From Octopus sinensis (taxonomy: Eukaryota): a DNA stretch of 64,000 nucleotides. Under the pieces are notes generated by a model that was not told where the DNA came from, searched no databases, and was given only the letters and a program-made list of their open reading frames with translations. This document shows positions 27,146 to 41,436 of the stretch, one piece after another; the stretch's first letter is position 1, and each line of letters begins with the position of its first letter. Both the position numbers and the translations under genes were made by a program. The stretch spans positions 38,378,001 to 38,442,000 of the forward strand of contig NC_043002.1 in the NCBI RefSeq assembly GCF_006345805.1, written 5' to 3'.

Positions 27146-28404
27146 CAAGATGAGTCAGTTTTTTTAGGACACCTCTTTTAAGAGCACCTTATTCTGACTT
27201 CTTTTTTCTCACTTTTCAGATAAAAACTGTCAGACATCGGGTTGACTCCGCAAAGGAAAAAGGCATGTGATGATCGTTACCTAAAGACTGCAGCATAGTG
27301 ATACAGAGACAGCTTGCTTACTGAATGGTGTTCTATCTTTCCTTACCAAAGTTTGAAATGAGATGTAAGCTTCTGACGCGAATCCAACATCAACAGCTAA
27401 ACGTAAAACGGATGCATAGGGTCATTATAACTTCAGAACAAATAATTTCTGCAAAACCTCAAGAAATAATCGATAAATATCCTAGACAGTCAATAAGAGC
27501 CGCTGCAGAAAACCTCAAGTATTCAGAATACACTATCACAACAACTGTGCATGAAGACATCGGATACAAATCGTATGAACTCGTAATGCAGAGGGGGTCA
27601 GTTTATGTCAGATGTGACAAGAGAGAATCGTTTAATCTGTGCAAAGCGCTTGCTAAGCAAGTTAAAGCAGCAACAGGCAGGAATGAGAAAATAATTACAT
27701 GAGGAGCGAAAGGTAAACCGACGGAATGACAGATACTCGTAGTTATGCAGAGACCCGAATGGGGTTCCAGCGGTCATGTACACTAAGTTCTCAGCAACTG
27801 TGATAATTCTGCGAGTTGTCAGTGGTGAAGGAGATATCATGACTCCTCGCTTTGTTTTCTCAGGGCTTTAGAGTCAATGCCACTGTTTATACAATAGTGC
27901 TGGGGAACGTTATGACACCCTGCATTGACAGAGTACGCAATGGAAGACGAAGACCTCACGTCCTCCAACAAGACACTATGCCATCTCTTAAGGATAGGAC
28001 AACCCAAGCATGGATGCATGCAAATATCCATGATTATATTCTCCTAGATACATGGTCTCCTAGCTCAACAGACATCAATCCACTGAACTGATACATATGG
28101 AGCGTAGTTAAGAGAGATGTCAATCAACGCCCTCATAACAGCATGCAAACTTTCAAGTCCGTCATATTCAATAATATGTCCAAACTCTATAAAGATCGTC
28201 TGATTCGGGATATGTCAATGCTTCTGATGTCACATTGAAGCCGCCATTGATGCAAACGGTAGATCCATTGAATAGGTGTGATAAGATGGTTCAAAGGAAT
28301 ATTTGTATTTGTTCCAATTTGTTTACAAATGCAACTTTTCTTTCGTGAGTTACACATCTTTTTCTAAGTTCATACAAATGAGCTGAGAAAACTGATGCAC
28401 CCTG
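27146..28404 (+). mobile_element. Full-length decayed Tc1/mariner-superfamily transposon, maT (DD37D) type
   Basis: TA|caagatgagtcagtt ... aactgatgcaccctg|TA imperfect TIRs, 1259 bp. Transposase remnants KVNRRNDR, VMYTKFSATV, QGFRVNA, LQQDTMPS and WSPSSTDINPLN, with 37 residues between QQD and the final catalytic position. Confidence 0.88.
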
Positions 28405-28989
28405 TATGGGGTGTACATTTACACACACGCCCATGTAAACACACACACGCACATATGTATGTGTCTATATATGTATGCATACATGTGTGATAGAAGTGAA
28501 TGAACAAAAGAAATAGCACTCAACTTTCTTTGGAGTTATATGTATTCAATAACAGCTTAAACCAACTCTGATTTAGTTTTGTGGGTCTGTTCTCACCATT
28601 GCTGTTGTATTTACTTTTGCTATCATAGATGCATTGACTTTTAATTGGTCGAGCCACACGTTAGGGTCGACAATTTGCTGGTCCCCATTTACTTGGCGCT
28701 ACGCAGAGGGTTTATATTTCAACGATATTCAGTTATTTACATTGGATACTGTGCGTATGAAGGTAGATATTTTTTTGCTCTTAGTCATCATTCCATTAGT
28801 ATTTTCGCACCAACGTTTACTACATTGGAAGTGAAAATCTGACCTGATGGTGTCATACCATGCATGAGTCGGTGTCAACCTCAGGTATGATGGCGGTCTG
28901 TAAACTCTACGGGCTTCGGGCATCATATAACCTGTATGTTCAGCTAGGTCTTTTGTAAAGTATTCGAATAATCAGCAGACAATTGGTGA

Positions 28990-29640
28990 AGCTTATTAAG
29001 AAGTAGTATCTATTTTTGCAGCAGTAAGATAATTCTCTGTATGGTTTCTTGGGAAATGCTGTATATTGAGAGTTGGTAGAGTATATTACTACGAAGGCAG
29101 AGAAGGCAGGTAAGATCATAGGGTGAGTAAGATCTCCTGCCAAGGCTATTCCATGAAATGATGAATAAAGTCATTTAATGGCTTCGAAATCTGCAGATTA
29201 AGCTGGACAAAGTGGTAGAAGTTTCCCTGTCTTTATACTCGAAGTAGTCCATGGGTTGCACGGGTCTTCCAATAAAGTCATTGGCTGCATTGTTCATGGA
29301 GTGCTTCGTGATGCCTTTGAATGATATGAGGGCAGCTCTATAGAGGAGAGATTTTAAAAAGCAGGGTTCTTCCAAAAGTCGGTTTTAAGTATTTTAATTG
29401 TTCTAGGTTCGAGTGTGCAACGAAGATTCAATGGATGCGTGTAATGAATGATATCTTTGATAATATGAGAATTAAAGAGTTCATCATATGTATGGCTTCA
29501 TGGGAAATGCTGTCTAATGTTAGAAAGTTCTTAGTTATACCATTGAAAAGATCTATTTGAATGGCGTATAACACTATATTAGCGTTCACTTTCTAGTTCA
29601 CTTTAGTCTTGTGGATGGGTTGGGCAATTTTCTTTATCCA
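28990..29640 (-). mobile_element. Second, more decayed Penelope-like GIY-YIG relic
   Basis: Minus-strand remnants IRQHFP*SH..LFNSH, LYRA...DFIGR...YKDRETSTTLSSLI, ISWNSLGRRSYSP..LTCLLCL and ELSYCCKNRYY are colinear with the 20640-21215 copy. Confidence 0.65.
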
Positions 29641-29769
29641 CCAATTGATTAGTAAATCCATTCTTCAATACTGTCTTTCTATAATTGAAGCGCCCTTTGA
29701 AAACCTATGTGTGCGGATGGATTGACGATTCGAATCCCCCACATACCACCCAAAACAAGATCAAATGTT

Positions 29770-30000
29770 CTCCTCGAGTCATAGGTTCATAAGGCCGGTC
29801 TTCTGGATTTTGTGGCGTATATATTACCCTTCTAGGCGGGACATCGGTTTCTCACAGGATTGCTCATTCATGCCAGCTGAGTGGACTGGAGCAACGTGAA
29901 ATGAAATGTTTTACTCAAGAACACAATGCATCGCCCGGTCTTAGAATCGAAACTACGATCTTGAAATCATGAGTGTATCACCACCTTAAGCACTAATGTA
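29770..30000 (-). mobile_element. SINE family A-related copy
   Basis: Reverse complement similar to 26158-26390. Confidence 0.75.
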
Positions 30001-31409
30001 CACGCCGCCACAAACTTAAGGCTTATCTGCGTATACTAGTGATTGAAATTCCAGTTACAGCTGTGTAGCTTGGCGTATGTATGAATATATAGTTTCCCCG
30101 TTGGGATTTCTGCATGGATGACACTTTCATGTTGCAAGGTCAAAAATAATATTTACTCCTATGCTACCTGATACCAACACAACCAAATAGCTACCAGATT
30201 ATATGCTGCGGAATACTCGATTACGAGATACTTCCCTCGACACTAGAATCCACCTATAAAACTGAAAAGCGTGTATGACATGTAGAAAGTTTGTAGAGTG
30301 TAAATAGGGCATAGTCAAATCGTGCCAACATAATTTTGAACTAAATTTGTTGTCTATATGGAATATATTCTGGCAATCCACTTATATTCGTTCGAGACAT
30401 GAATAAAAGCAGAATTCTAAACAACTGAAGATGCTTGGGAGATTTAACTCTAAATATTTTAAGCGCACACAAAATATCGTGATAGATCTGAAAAGGAGTA
30501 ACACCAAAGAGAGGACTGTCTCACTAACGAATCACAAACAGGACAGCGCATGTTGTGAGGGTTCGTAATAAAAAAAATGCTAAAAAATTATTTTTGATAG
30601 AGAACTGGAAATTCGGAACTGTCTGCACCGGCAGTTTACATAAAAACATAAGAGTCGCACAAAAAAGATGCGACATGTTGGAGAAAGACAGACGAGGCAT
30701 ACCGCGTTGAAACACGTCTTAAGAAAAGATACCACTCAAAAATTATCTAACAATCTGATGATCGGGAAAATGCAACCCATTGGCTATTTTCTTTCGAAAG
30801 TAGTTTCTCTAATTCCATGAAACTGCATGTTTCCAGCAAGAGTCTACTCATATGACTCTTCTACCACCACGACGTGTATTTATTATTTGTTCTGTTTGTA
30901 ACAACAACCGTGTCTTCAATCCTGGACTTTACAAATGAAAGTCATGCCAAGGCCAAGCAATTATTACTGTGAAGATGCTAATATTAGGCATGCATTTTCC
31001 ATATGTAAGGGTTACGAAGCCAAAAACGTTTAATCAAGGATTCTAATTAATTAATTAATTAATTAACCAGTTAATTAATTAACGTCCTCTCTATTCATTG
31101 TACTCCAAAATACTTCACTTTGATGCATTCACCTTAATTGGGATACAGCACCGTAATTAAACATTCAAAAACGCATTTGCTTCATTGACAATCCCCAACC
31201 TGCAAATCTTATTGTAATTCAAGCAACGATTTCATAAAAGCAAAAAAGGAACACCATGAAAGTGAATCCTATGCAAGAAGAAACAAAATAAATGAATGAA
31301 GACAGAAACAGAAAAAAAAGGGACAGGGGAAAAAAACCTAATGAAAAACAGATATAGAGGAAAGAAATAGTGAGAACGGCTAAAACAGGAATACTTATTA
31401 TATTTACTA

Positions 31410-31850
31410 CATCAACTTGAACTTTTTATCTTATGTTTGTTTCAGTCATTGGACTGCGATTACGGCCTTCATAAAATTTTTGTCGAATGAATCAATCACA
31501 ATCCATTTGCAGTTTTTTTGGGGTTTTTTTTTTGTTAAAGCCAGGCACTTATTTTATCGATCTCTTTTACCGTACATCTAGATTACGGGAACATAAACAC
31601 ATCAACACCGATTGTCAAGCGGTGGTGGGGACAAGTATCAACTCAAAGACACGCACATACTCACACACATATACACACTCACATACACACATACAACAGT
31701 TTTCTTTCAGTATCCGTTTACCAAATCCACCCACAAAGTTTTGCTCGGCCGGAGGCTATAATACAGGCCACTTGCACAGAGTGATACGCAGTGGGACTGA
31801 ACCCGGATCATGAGGTTGGAAAGGAAACGTCTTACCACACACCCTCGCCT
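31410..31850 (-). mobile_element. SINE family B copy
   Basis: Colinear with 12826-13258 (cttgtttcagtcatt..gactg...ttccgt.taccaaatcc...gtggga.tgaaccc). Confidence 0.8.
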
Positions 31851-32199
31851 AAGCCTATGAAATTTTTGTATGGAATATTTGTTAATAAATCAGAAATAAG
31901 ATGAAAGAAGAAATCTTGAAAGGAATAACATGGACGGACAAAGAAAGAAAGAAAGAAAGAAAGAAAGAAATCGAAAGGTACAACGAAAACAATAGTGCAT
32001 GATTGAATGAAAAATGCATAAGATTTCAGAAAAAATTCCAATTTCATGTTTGGTAAAAATATCTTTGCCAATTCCATCGTGTAAACAATTGGGAGAAACA
32101 ATTCGTCCGACAACATAGGATTGAAAGCAAAGTGTTGCATCTCATAACCTCTGTAACCTTATGTTATCTGTAAATATTAATGTTTGATTTTGAGGAAAT

Positions 32200-32430
<231 letters not shown>

Positions 32431-32889
32431 ATATTTTTGTATATGTGCGCGCATGTGTTTGTATGTATGCATACATGAATTAATAAATGGTACCGACCGC
32501 TAATGATCTTCTTTACAGCTGTTTCTGCTATGGGAAACTGTGCACTCAGGTTTGAGTGTTTGTGACATGATTATATGATTTCTGTTCACTTCTCGTTCAT
32601 TAATTCATACCACGGTCTGTACTTGCTTTACTCTAAAGCATATGTATATTGCATTCGAAGAAACAGTTATTAGTATCACTAGGACAAAGCGAAATCTGTA
32701 TATATATGCACACACACGTACAAAAATATATTCATAAAAATTTGTCTATCTATTTGTGTACATTTGGCATTAATCTAGTACCCGAAACGTACCTTATCTT
32801 TATGCTGGAAACACGCGCCTTTGTGTTGGTAGATATATGCATGTCTACATACATACATACATACATACATACATACATACATACATACA

Positions 32890-32921
<32 letters not shown>

Positions 32922-34012
32922 CAAAGTAGTGGTTCTGTGAGCACTCTTCGAATATACGTATGTCTGCTTTGTTAATTGCCAACAACAGTATTTTATCTTT
33001 TTTACTTTCAGATAAAGGCCTGAAACTTCAAATTCTTCTTAACTCACCGGAGTTGCTCTCGTTGAATATTCCCAGAACACCTTTGGATTCATTATTGCCT
33101 AAGCAGATCATAATTACTTTTTCTAATTCTCTGAATGGTATACAGTTTATGAGAAAACTTAAAGATGCGTCCCTCTCTAGAATCCATTAACTTTTATAAA
33201 ATTGATGAACTTACTCTAAACACAACTATCAGACACAGATTACCAAATGACTTATTAATGTATATCGATTGACATATAAGCATTATGGACCACAGATATG
33301 TGGTTGCATTAGCATTAAAGTAAATACAATGTAACCAGGCCAAAAATCCGTCCTTCGATTGTTAGACTTTAATGTTATCTTGAAATGTATTTAGGTAATA
33401 CCTCAGTTATATAAATTCATTGATAAGTTCAGTTATGTATCCTTTATTTTCCTCAAACTCTAAATCACTTGACTGATAAAACTAAATCCTTTGAAATCAG
33501 GAAAAGAACACAAAACAAAAGGAAGAAAAATAGATCTAAGAGTAAAACCTCGAAAAGGAGAAAAAAGGAATTAGAGAAATGATGCAACAAGAAACGATAT
33601 CAAGGGATATTTGGTGCAATCAAAAACTGAGAAAAAAATCTTGAATAACATATTGAAATTAAAATGTACGGAAGTTAGTTAGAAATGGGTATGAATGCGA
33701 ATGTGTCTGTACAAGTGTGTGTGTATTGTGTGCGTATGTATGTGTATTGTTGTGGGTGTGTATGCTTGTTAGTGTAACTATGCCTACCTGAATATGTGAG
33801 TGAACGTATGTGTGTTTACGTATGTATAAGAATTTATATAAAACCAAGTGGAATATAATTCGGTTCGTACAGTATAAGTACGTATGCAGATATATTGGCA
33901 TCTATGTATATGAGTGAATGTGTAAGTGTATATTTGCTTTTATATGTATATAAATATATACGTATGCACATATACACACGCATCAAGACACACATACATA
34001 CATATATACGTG

Positions 34013-34082
<70 letters not shown>

Positions 34083-34891
34083 ACTGAAAGTTGGCAGCCA
34101 GTTTTCATGTATATCAATGACTGTTCAGTTTTTAACCTCCCGAATCCTGTAATATCTCGACAAGTTAGTCAAAAGCCATAAATCATGTTATTAAATCTAG
34201 ATTCATCATCGAATTTATCTCCATCAAGAGATGAAAGCCTATTGCGGTAAGGAAAAAGAAAATTTGAGAATTTATTAAATGTTCATATTTTGGTTTTGAA
34301 ATCTTCCTTTGTAACCAGAATACAGAGGATCGCTGATTCTCCCGTTCAACCGAATGTTTAGACTTTGCTGAATTCTTCTGTTAGCTTCTTAGACCACACG
34401 CTGTGTTGTTCGATTTCTTTTCTTTTTCTTTCCCTGCTTCAATTTCTTTTTCTTTTATTTGAAACTTCCTTCCAGCCCACTTTCTCATTATTCTTGTATA
34501 ATAACTATTAATTATACATTTTGTTTTCTTACATATCAACAAGAGACAAAAAACACAAGCATTTTCTATACACATACAGAAAAACATGATTTCGGGATTG
34601 TTGTTTGTGGTGAAATTATATTCCTAATAAGTTCCATTACAATTCGGTGAATCTGCGTTGTAATTGAGAATTAAATATCACGTTAGCAACTGGCAAAGAT
34701 ATGTTCAGCTTTATTAATATTAAATATTCTTTGAAAATTCTGGAATGTTCTACACCTAGCTACCAAAGTTCTAAACAGTTCACAAACCTAACATAGATTT
34801 CGGCTGAATTTGTATTTTTTACTCAAAATATAAGCAAAATTTTCGCTAATATTTTTTTACTATGTGTTACTTAATTTAGTAACCCCTTTCT

Positions 34892-35360
34892 GAAGGCACA
34901 TGGCTCAGTGGGTAAAGCGTCAGACGTATAATTACGAAGTAGTCAGTTCCATTTCCGTACCGGGCTGTATGTTGCTTTGTGTCTATATTTCACGTTGTTA
35001 GGGCGGTGAACTGGCAGAAACGTTAGCGCGCCGGGCGAAATGCTTACCAGTATTTCGTCTGTCGTTACGTTCTGAGTTCAAATTCCGCCGAGGTCGACTT
35101 TGCCTTTCATCATTTCGGAGTCGATAAATAAAGTACCAGTTTCACACTGGGGTCGATGTAATCGACTTAATCCCTTTGTCTGTCCTTGTTTGGCCTCTCC
35201 AGGTTTAGCCCCTTGTGGGTAGTAAAGAAATATATATTTCATGTTGTTCCAGCTCACTCAGCTGAAGAAATGAGTTGCAACGTCACTAGTGTCAAGCTAT
35301 TTTGTCCTTTGCCTTACCCTTGGATAACATCGGTGGTATGGAGAGGGGAGGTTGGTGCCA
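34892..35360 (+). mobile_element. SINE family A copy interrupted by a family C SINE
   Basis: Head at 34892-34999. The body resumes at 35233 (ccagctcactcagctgaagaaatgagttgcaacgtcac). Confidence 0.8.
35000..35232 (+). mobile_element. SINE family C nested in a family A SINE, with 16-bp TSD
   Basis: TSD tatatttca(c/t)gttgtt at 34984-34999 and 35233-35248. Confidence 0.9.
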
Positions 35361-37239
35361 TCTTCCTGTTTTCCGAGTTTTATTGGTTTCGAATTGCCAT
35401 CGATATCTCTATGACTCTATTTGTTTCTAGACGTGTAGAAGTGTTGGCCTTACGCAAACCAATTTTCACCTCTGGAAAGAAGTAGTCCCTATTAGTCAGG
35501 CCTCAATCCTTTGACCTGTACTGTCGCTTGCTTTCTGTTGGTATAGCTCTCGAGGCCACTGAGGCACATAAGCTATCACAGTACAACAAGGAATGGAACT
35601 TTTGAGTAAGTATTCCTAACTTGATGTTAATCCTACCCATCATATATATTTATCAGTATTTTGGTTTCTTAACACCATGCTTTCTTAAATCACATAATTG
35701 GGGCCTTCTTACTATTTTATCTCTTACAGATATTTGCTCTAATAATTTACTAATATCTATTAATTCAAATGAAATGTCACTAATAATTTTTGAATTCATA
35801 TATCACTGCGTTACTGTGCTACACTTTGGATAAGTCTTTCTCTATAGACTCGGTTGACCAAAGCCCTCTGAATAGAATTGGTATGCAGAAACAAAAAGAA
35901 GCACAACATCTGTGTGTGAGTTTGTTTGTGCGTATGACTGTGCGTCTGCATGCGTGTGAGTGATTGTGCGTGTGTTTGTCTCTCCTTGCCTAGACTTCGC
36001 GCACTAATTATAAACAAGCAACAGCGTCGTACATGTAGACACGTGGTATCAATTGTTTGCAGCCTTTCGTGAAAGCAATCTGGCCATTAGACTCTTCATG
36101 TTTGGAGAGTCACAGAAAATAATACATGACTCGGTAATATGTCGTGGTTAGTGAGATAAAGTTTATCCATCCATAGAAAATCTGCTTTAAACAAATATCG
36201 TCTGACACATGCAATATCATCATCAAAGCCATCGCCATCAATACCGTCGTCGTCATCATCATCATCATCATCACCATGACGATGAAGATGATAATGATGT
36301 TGATGAAACGGTGAAGGAAATTACTCAAAATCACCATGCAGTAGTTACGTTCGTAAGCAAACTTAACATATTAAATGCACCGAATAGCGAAGATCTAATT
36401 AGAAATAGTTAAGCTGTAGGGAAGAGTCGAGATTAACTCAATAAACAGTATGAAATTAATTATTTCGGTAAATGCAGGAGATAACTCCGGGCATGGTTCA
36501 GTCTCATTAGATCTCCTCCGAGTAGCTTAAACTTCACTGGAATTGTCCAAGTAGTGATAAATAAAATTTTATGTAAACGTTACCATATTATACACATGTA
36601 GGCGTGAAAAAATAGCATGTTTAATCAAATGAATCACTGAGGTTAATTACTAAAGACAGAAATGCCATTCACCTGGAAATACATCATTTAGTGAACATCA
36701 AAAATCTAATTAAATATAATTATGCGCTGAGGAAAAGACATCATTTGCGTAATTAGTGAAAATGTTGTAATTAGAATATTGTAATTTAGAATGTTGTAAT
36801 TTAGAATATAGAGGTTTTAGTACATTACAATATTAAGATTTTCTTTCTCTATATTCAGATAAAAGATTTTGAGAATGACTTTATTGTTTATTTTTGTCTG
36901 GCAAAATAACTAACAGCACTATACCAATAATATTCGATAGTCTATATCTTTATTGTCTAAAAGAAAATGTTTCTAGGAGTTATAAAAAGAAATGAACATA
37001 GTCCACTGCATAATGCAGTGTAAGATTTCGTTTTCTTAATGGCTCAGTAAAAGGAGGGAATACAGCATCCATAGTCTGGTTTAAGGGAAAAGTGGAAGCT
37101 ATTTTTAAGCCATAAATCAGTTTAAGGTGATGGTGGTGTGGTGTTCGTATTGCATTTGTTGCTTGGCGGTGGTAAACCGGACGACGGATAAAGTTTACAA
37201 CTCCAGTTTGGTACTATTATAAAAAATGGAACAAAGTAG

Positions 37240-37440
37240 CGAGCTGACAAAATAGTTACAGCGTTGGAAAAAATAACTTGTGATATTTCTTCTGATTTTC
37301 TACGTTCTGCGTTCATACCTCACTGAGGTCAACTTTGTCTTTCACTCTCCAGAGTCAATAAAATAAGTACCAATCAAAATTTGAGGTCAAGGTTCTAGAC
37401 AAAAACCCTCCTCTGAAAATTACTGGCATTGTGCCTAGAT
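37240..37440 (+). mobile_element. Old SINE family C-like copy
   Basis: gcgagctgacaaaat.gtt...tacgttctg.gttca...gaggtcaactttg.ctttca...aaataagtaccaa. Confidence 0.6.
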
Positions 37441-38751
37441 TATAGCCATTAAAAAAAAGGAAACCATTAAGGATGATTATATGCAGTTCCTTTTATAGCT
37501 AAACTCATTTTGAAGACTAATATGGGATTGAAAAAATAATACATTTATTTCCAATGTGTGAATGCATATATAATGGTTATATGAAAGAGAAGCTTCTGAA
37601 AGTTAGTAACTGGAGCGAATTCACCTCTTAGAAATCTCTTTCATATAAAACTTTATAAATGCATTTAGACCCATTCTGTTTAGCGTTAACCAGATAACAA
37701 ACATATCTCATCCTGAATAAACGCTATTTTATACTAAATTCAATTTCCAGAAATTCCCATCCCATTATCTTACTACCGAAACAGAAATTGGTAGGATAGG
37801 AACTTATGACACAAGAACCAGTAAAGTGATATGTTTTATAGCTATTTTATCTTTACGCCCTGTTATCATGACTTCACATTTATTTTATTTTCTCTTGAAT
37901 CTCACGTATAAATATAACCACACGTTGAACTACTTCACGCATCAAAAGTTTTTGTTTTTAGTTGTGGTTGTTAATATTTTAATCGCTTGGTTTGCGTGCG
38001 ATCAAAAGCGTTTCACATGTAACCAACCCGTCTTTTTCATATATCAAAGATTACGTGGTACACTGTATCCATCTTTATCTATGGCGTTCACTTGTGATTT
38101 GAAGGTGATTCTATTAATGTATTACTGACGCATGTCTATAATATTTCTAGAATGAATAGTAACGGGTTGAGTAAGATAAGCGGTTAACTAACACGAAGAG
38201 AATCCACATCTCGAATTTGTTTTCTGAATGATTTTAATGTTATGAACACCACATATTACGATTTCTCGTCCCATATAAATATACAAGCACATTGTAGGAA
38301 GTAAAAGCGAAGCTTTTAGCCAAATTAGCAGCAATAATCATATTTGCATTGATGTTTTATTGATCAGCAAATACAAATTGTATCTATGTTATCACCAGAT
38401 TGGTGTCGTGTCCATGTCTATAAAACAAATGTCTCAATACCTTAATCTACTAAGATTTAAAGAAAGTATAACTCGTGACGCTGTACATAGTTACACAGAA
38501 TGGTAGAAATGCGGAAGTGACGACTGGTTTCTCTCTCTCTCTCTCTCCCTCTCTCTCTCTTTCCCCCCTTATCATTATGTCAACTGGAAGCTTTAACATT
38601 TATCATACTTTGCCTTTTAATCGCTTTGGGTGTCAAAGATATACCATGGTTCCATTAATGATTGTGATTCTGAAAATATTTACCTGGTATATGTTGTCTG
38701 ATCATAAATACACCAACAGCTAAAATCCAAATTAAATCCATTTTAACTTTC

Positions 38752-38900
38752 TCATTCTTGTGAGTGGATTTGGTAGACGGAAACTGAAAGAAGCCCGTCG
38801 TATATATGTATATATATATGTATGTTTTTGTGTGTCTTGACAACCGATGCTGGTGTGTTTACGTCCCCGTAACTTAGTGGTTCAGCAAAAGTACACCATC
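38752..38900 (+). mobile_element. Internal fragment of SINE family B
   Basis: cttgtgagtggatttggtagacggaaactgaaagaagcccgtcgtatata...gacaaccgatgctggtgtgtttacgtccccgtaacttag. Confidence 0.85.
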
Positions 38901-39271
38901 CTAATAATTTCACGACAGTTAAGTGCATCGTATTACCTTAGTAGAGTAGAAAGTTTGGTTCACAGCTGGTTTTCGATGTTATGATACCTAAATCCTTGTT
39001 TAGTGTTAAAGAGGTTAATATTAGATCGTGAAGCTTTTAGAGGAAGTTCAAATAGATACAATATATTAGATATCTCCAGAACGTTGAAACTCGAATCCCA
39101 CGGTCGATGTTACATTACACCCCTACGTAAGTTTTATAGGTTGCATTATAAGGAAATGTAGAGCCTTACTTTTTATTATAACCATAAGATTCACAAGCTT
39201 TCTGGCCAAAGACGAGAGCTATTTCGGTAAATGTACACTGTGACACGTTATTATTTCACTAACACTCAGGG

Positions 39272-39480
39272 AAGAGGTGAGCTGGCAAAATCGTTAGCAC
39301 GCCGAGCCAAATGCTTACAATATTTCGTCTGTATTTACCTTCTGAATTCAAATTCCTTCGAGGTCGACCTTGCCTACGGGATCGACAAAATAAGTACTAG
39401 CTGAACTCTGGGATCGATGTATTCGACTTATCCACACTCCGAAGCTGCTGACCTCGTGCCAAAATTTGAAATCATTATTT
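39272..39480 (+). mobile_element. SINE family C-like copy
   Basis: aggtgagctggcaaaatcgttagcacgccg...gaattcaaattcc..gaggtcgacc. Confidence 0.8.
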
Positions 39481-40699
39481 CACTGACACCTCTAGTACTA
39501 AAGTCATAGCATTCGATATTTTTCTTATAAATCCGACAGAAACCAATATTGTTGATGTAATTTGTGAGTAAACCAAAGAATAAAGCTATGTTCGAACGCA
39601 TTCAAGTAGCGGCCAGCCTTTCTATTCTTTTATCGATATAGTGTATGTGTCTACCTTGTCCGACTTCTTAAATAATAGGAGTGTCGTTTGAATGATATTA
39701 ATGTTTTATATCCAACAGTTTTTCTACAAGGCAACGGAATCTGATTTTTCTACAAGGCGACGCAACCACTTATAGGCTCCCCACTCGTTAATTTCAATAT
39801 GATATGAGGATATATACACAAGGAAAATATATAGAATCCATGGACTAATATTATTGTGACGTTGACTTTGGCAGCACCAATATCAATTCCAATTTACAAT
39901 TAATGATGAGAATATTCTTGCTTTTTCTTCAATTTAATAATTAGCATTTCTTAGTTGACATCGCGATATCATTCTATATTTTCATTTATATTATGCTATC
40001 TCATTTGGGGACCTTTTAGCTTGTCCATATTGATCTCGTTTCAAATTGTTATGATATAATTAAATAAAGATCTATCTTTAATTAGATCGAAATATAATTA
40101 GACGAAACTCCAAAGCAAATAATGCATCAGTACAACGAGAACAAGTATATAGTTGAACCGATAGGGATATATTACAGACATTCTATAATTATTTTCCAAA
40201 GGTCTACCTTTCATCAATATACCTGCGCAATTACAAAAGGTGTCGGTCAAGTGACCGACAGGTCAACGTTTTCCATTCACATTGTAAAATGTTTCTCTCA
40301 ATGACTTTACACTCTCAAAGATACAATCATCCTAACTACAAGTATATGACAAAATAACTGGGTTGATTGCTTGGTATACCATTTGTTTGGTATTTTTAGA
40401 GCAAATCTACACATGATCGAATGAGACTCTACTACGCTAAGTTTCCTTTTGGCTCTGTGGTAAAAACATACTTTCCAACGATATAGCCCGTGTTCAGTTA
40501 CATGGCATATCACCTTCGGTTCGATTCTATTACTATAACAGCAGGCCGACCAGATTTGTTAGCCATCCATAAAATATATGTATATATAAAATGTTATTTT
40601 TATTAAAAATATATTAACCTATATGAAACGAAGGCATTTCTTTTCCACTCTTTATGTTTTCCACATATTTTCACTATATATATGTGTATACACACACAC

Positions 40700-40736
<37 letters not shown>

Positions 40737-40740
40737 TATA

Positions 40741-40772
<32 letters not shown>

Positions 40773-40799
40773 TATTATTAAGTACATATAATTAATGTA

Positions 40800-41335
40800 T
40801 TAATGTATACGCTTTGTGTATTTACCGGTGGCTGCAGTAGCGTGGCGGAGTATATATACTCTCAAACCGTTGGGTTTAAAACACCTCAGAGTCATGGACA
40901 GGCGAGACAAATCACCTTTAATCTGTGTTTTACACACAGCCGTTTGAGAGTATATTCACTCAACCACGCTATTGTAGCCACCGGATAATACACTAAGCAT
41001 ACACATTAAATACATGTTGTGAATAATATATATTATACTAGAGCTGCTTTATTTCATATATAAGTTTTCTCTTAGGTATGAAATTTCCTGGCTTACCAGC
41101 TTGTGATTGTATAAGCCATGAGGATATAGGCCGCGAACCGGCTCAGTGACACGCCTTCAATTGGCGAAAAGCCCGATGACTTGCTTTCGAATGGCGAAAC
41201 CCCCGGTGTCCATCACTCCCAAATGGGATTCGGCGTTTGATATCTCGCCTGACCATCACTCTGAGGTTTGAGAGTATATATACTCCGCCTCGCTGTTACA
41301 GCCACCAGAAAATATACATAGCATACACTATAAGT
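40800..41335. mobile_element. Fold-back/MITE-like structure with one left arm and two inverted right arms
   Basis: Left arm 40800-40910 is complementary to both 40943-41012 and 41240-41335 (core ggtggct..a..agcg.ggcggagtatatatactctcaaacc). Confidence 0.7.
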
Positions 41336-41400
41336 ATATTTAGTTAATAACCTTTATTATACTAAAGCAGCTATTATTTCACATACGCATATATACATAC

Positions 41401-41436
<36 letters not shown>

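Noticed and set aside
36761-36810. Three copies of a 14-15 bp unit (gaatgttgtaattta); also short repeats at 39720-39765 and (TTAA)n at 31045-31083
   Set aside because: Ordinary slippage repeats without unique spacers. Not CRISPR-like, and the DNA is eukaryotic.
41172-41200. ccgatga...ggcgaaac as another hammerhead
   Set aside because: The intervening bases cannot form stem II with a closing G-C pair.
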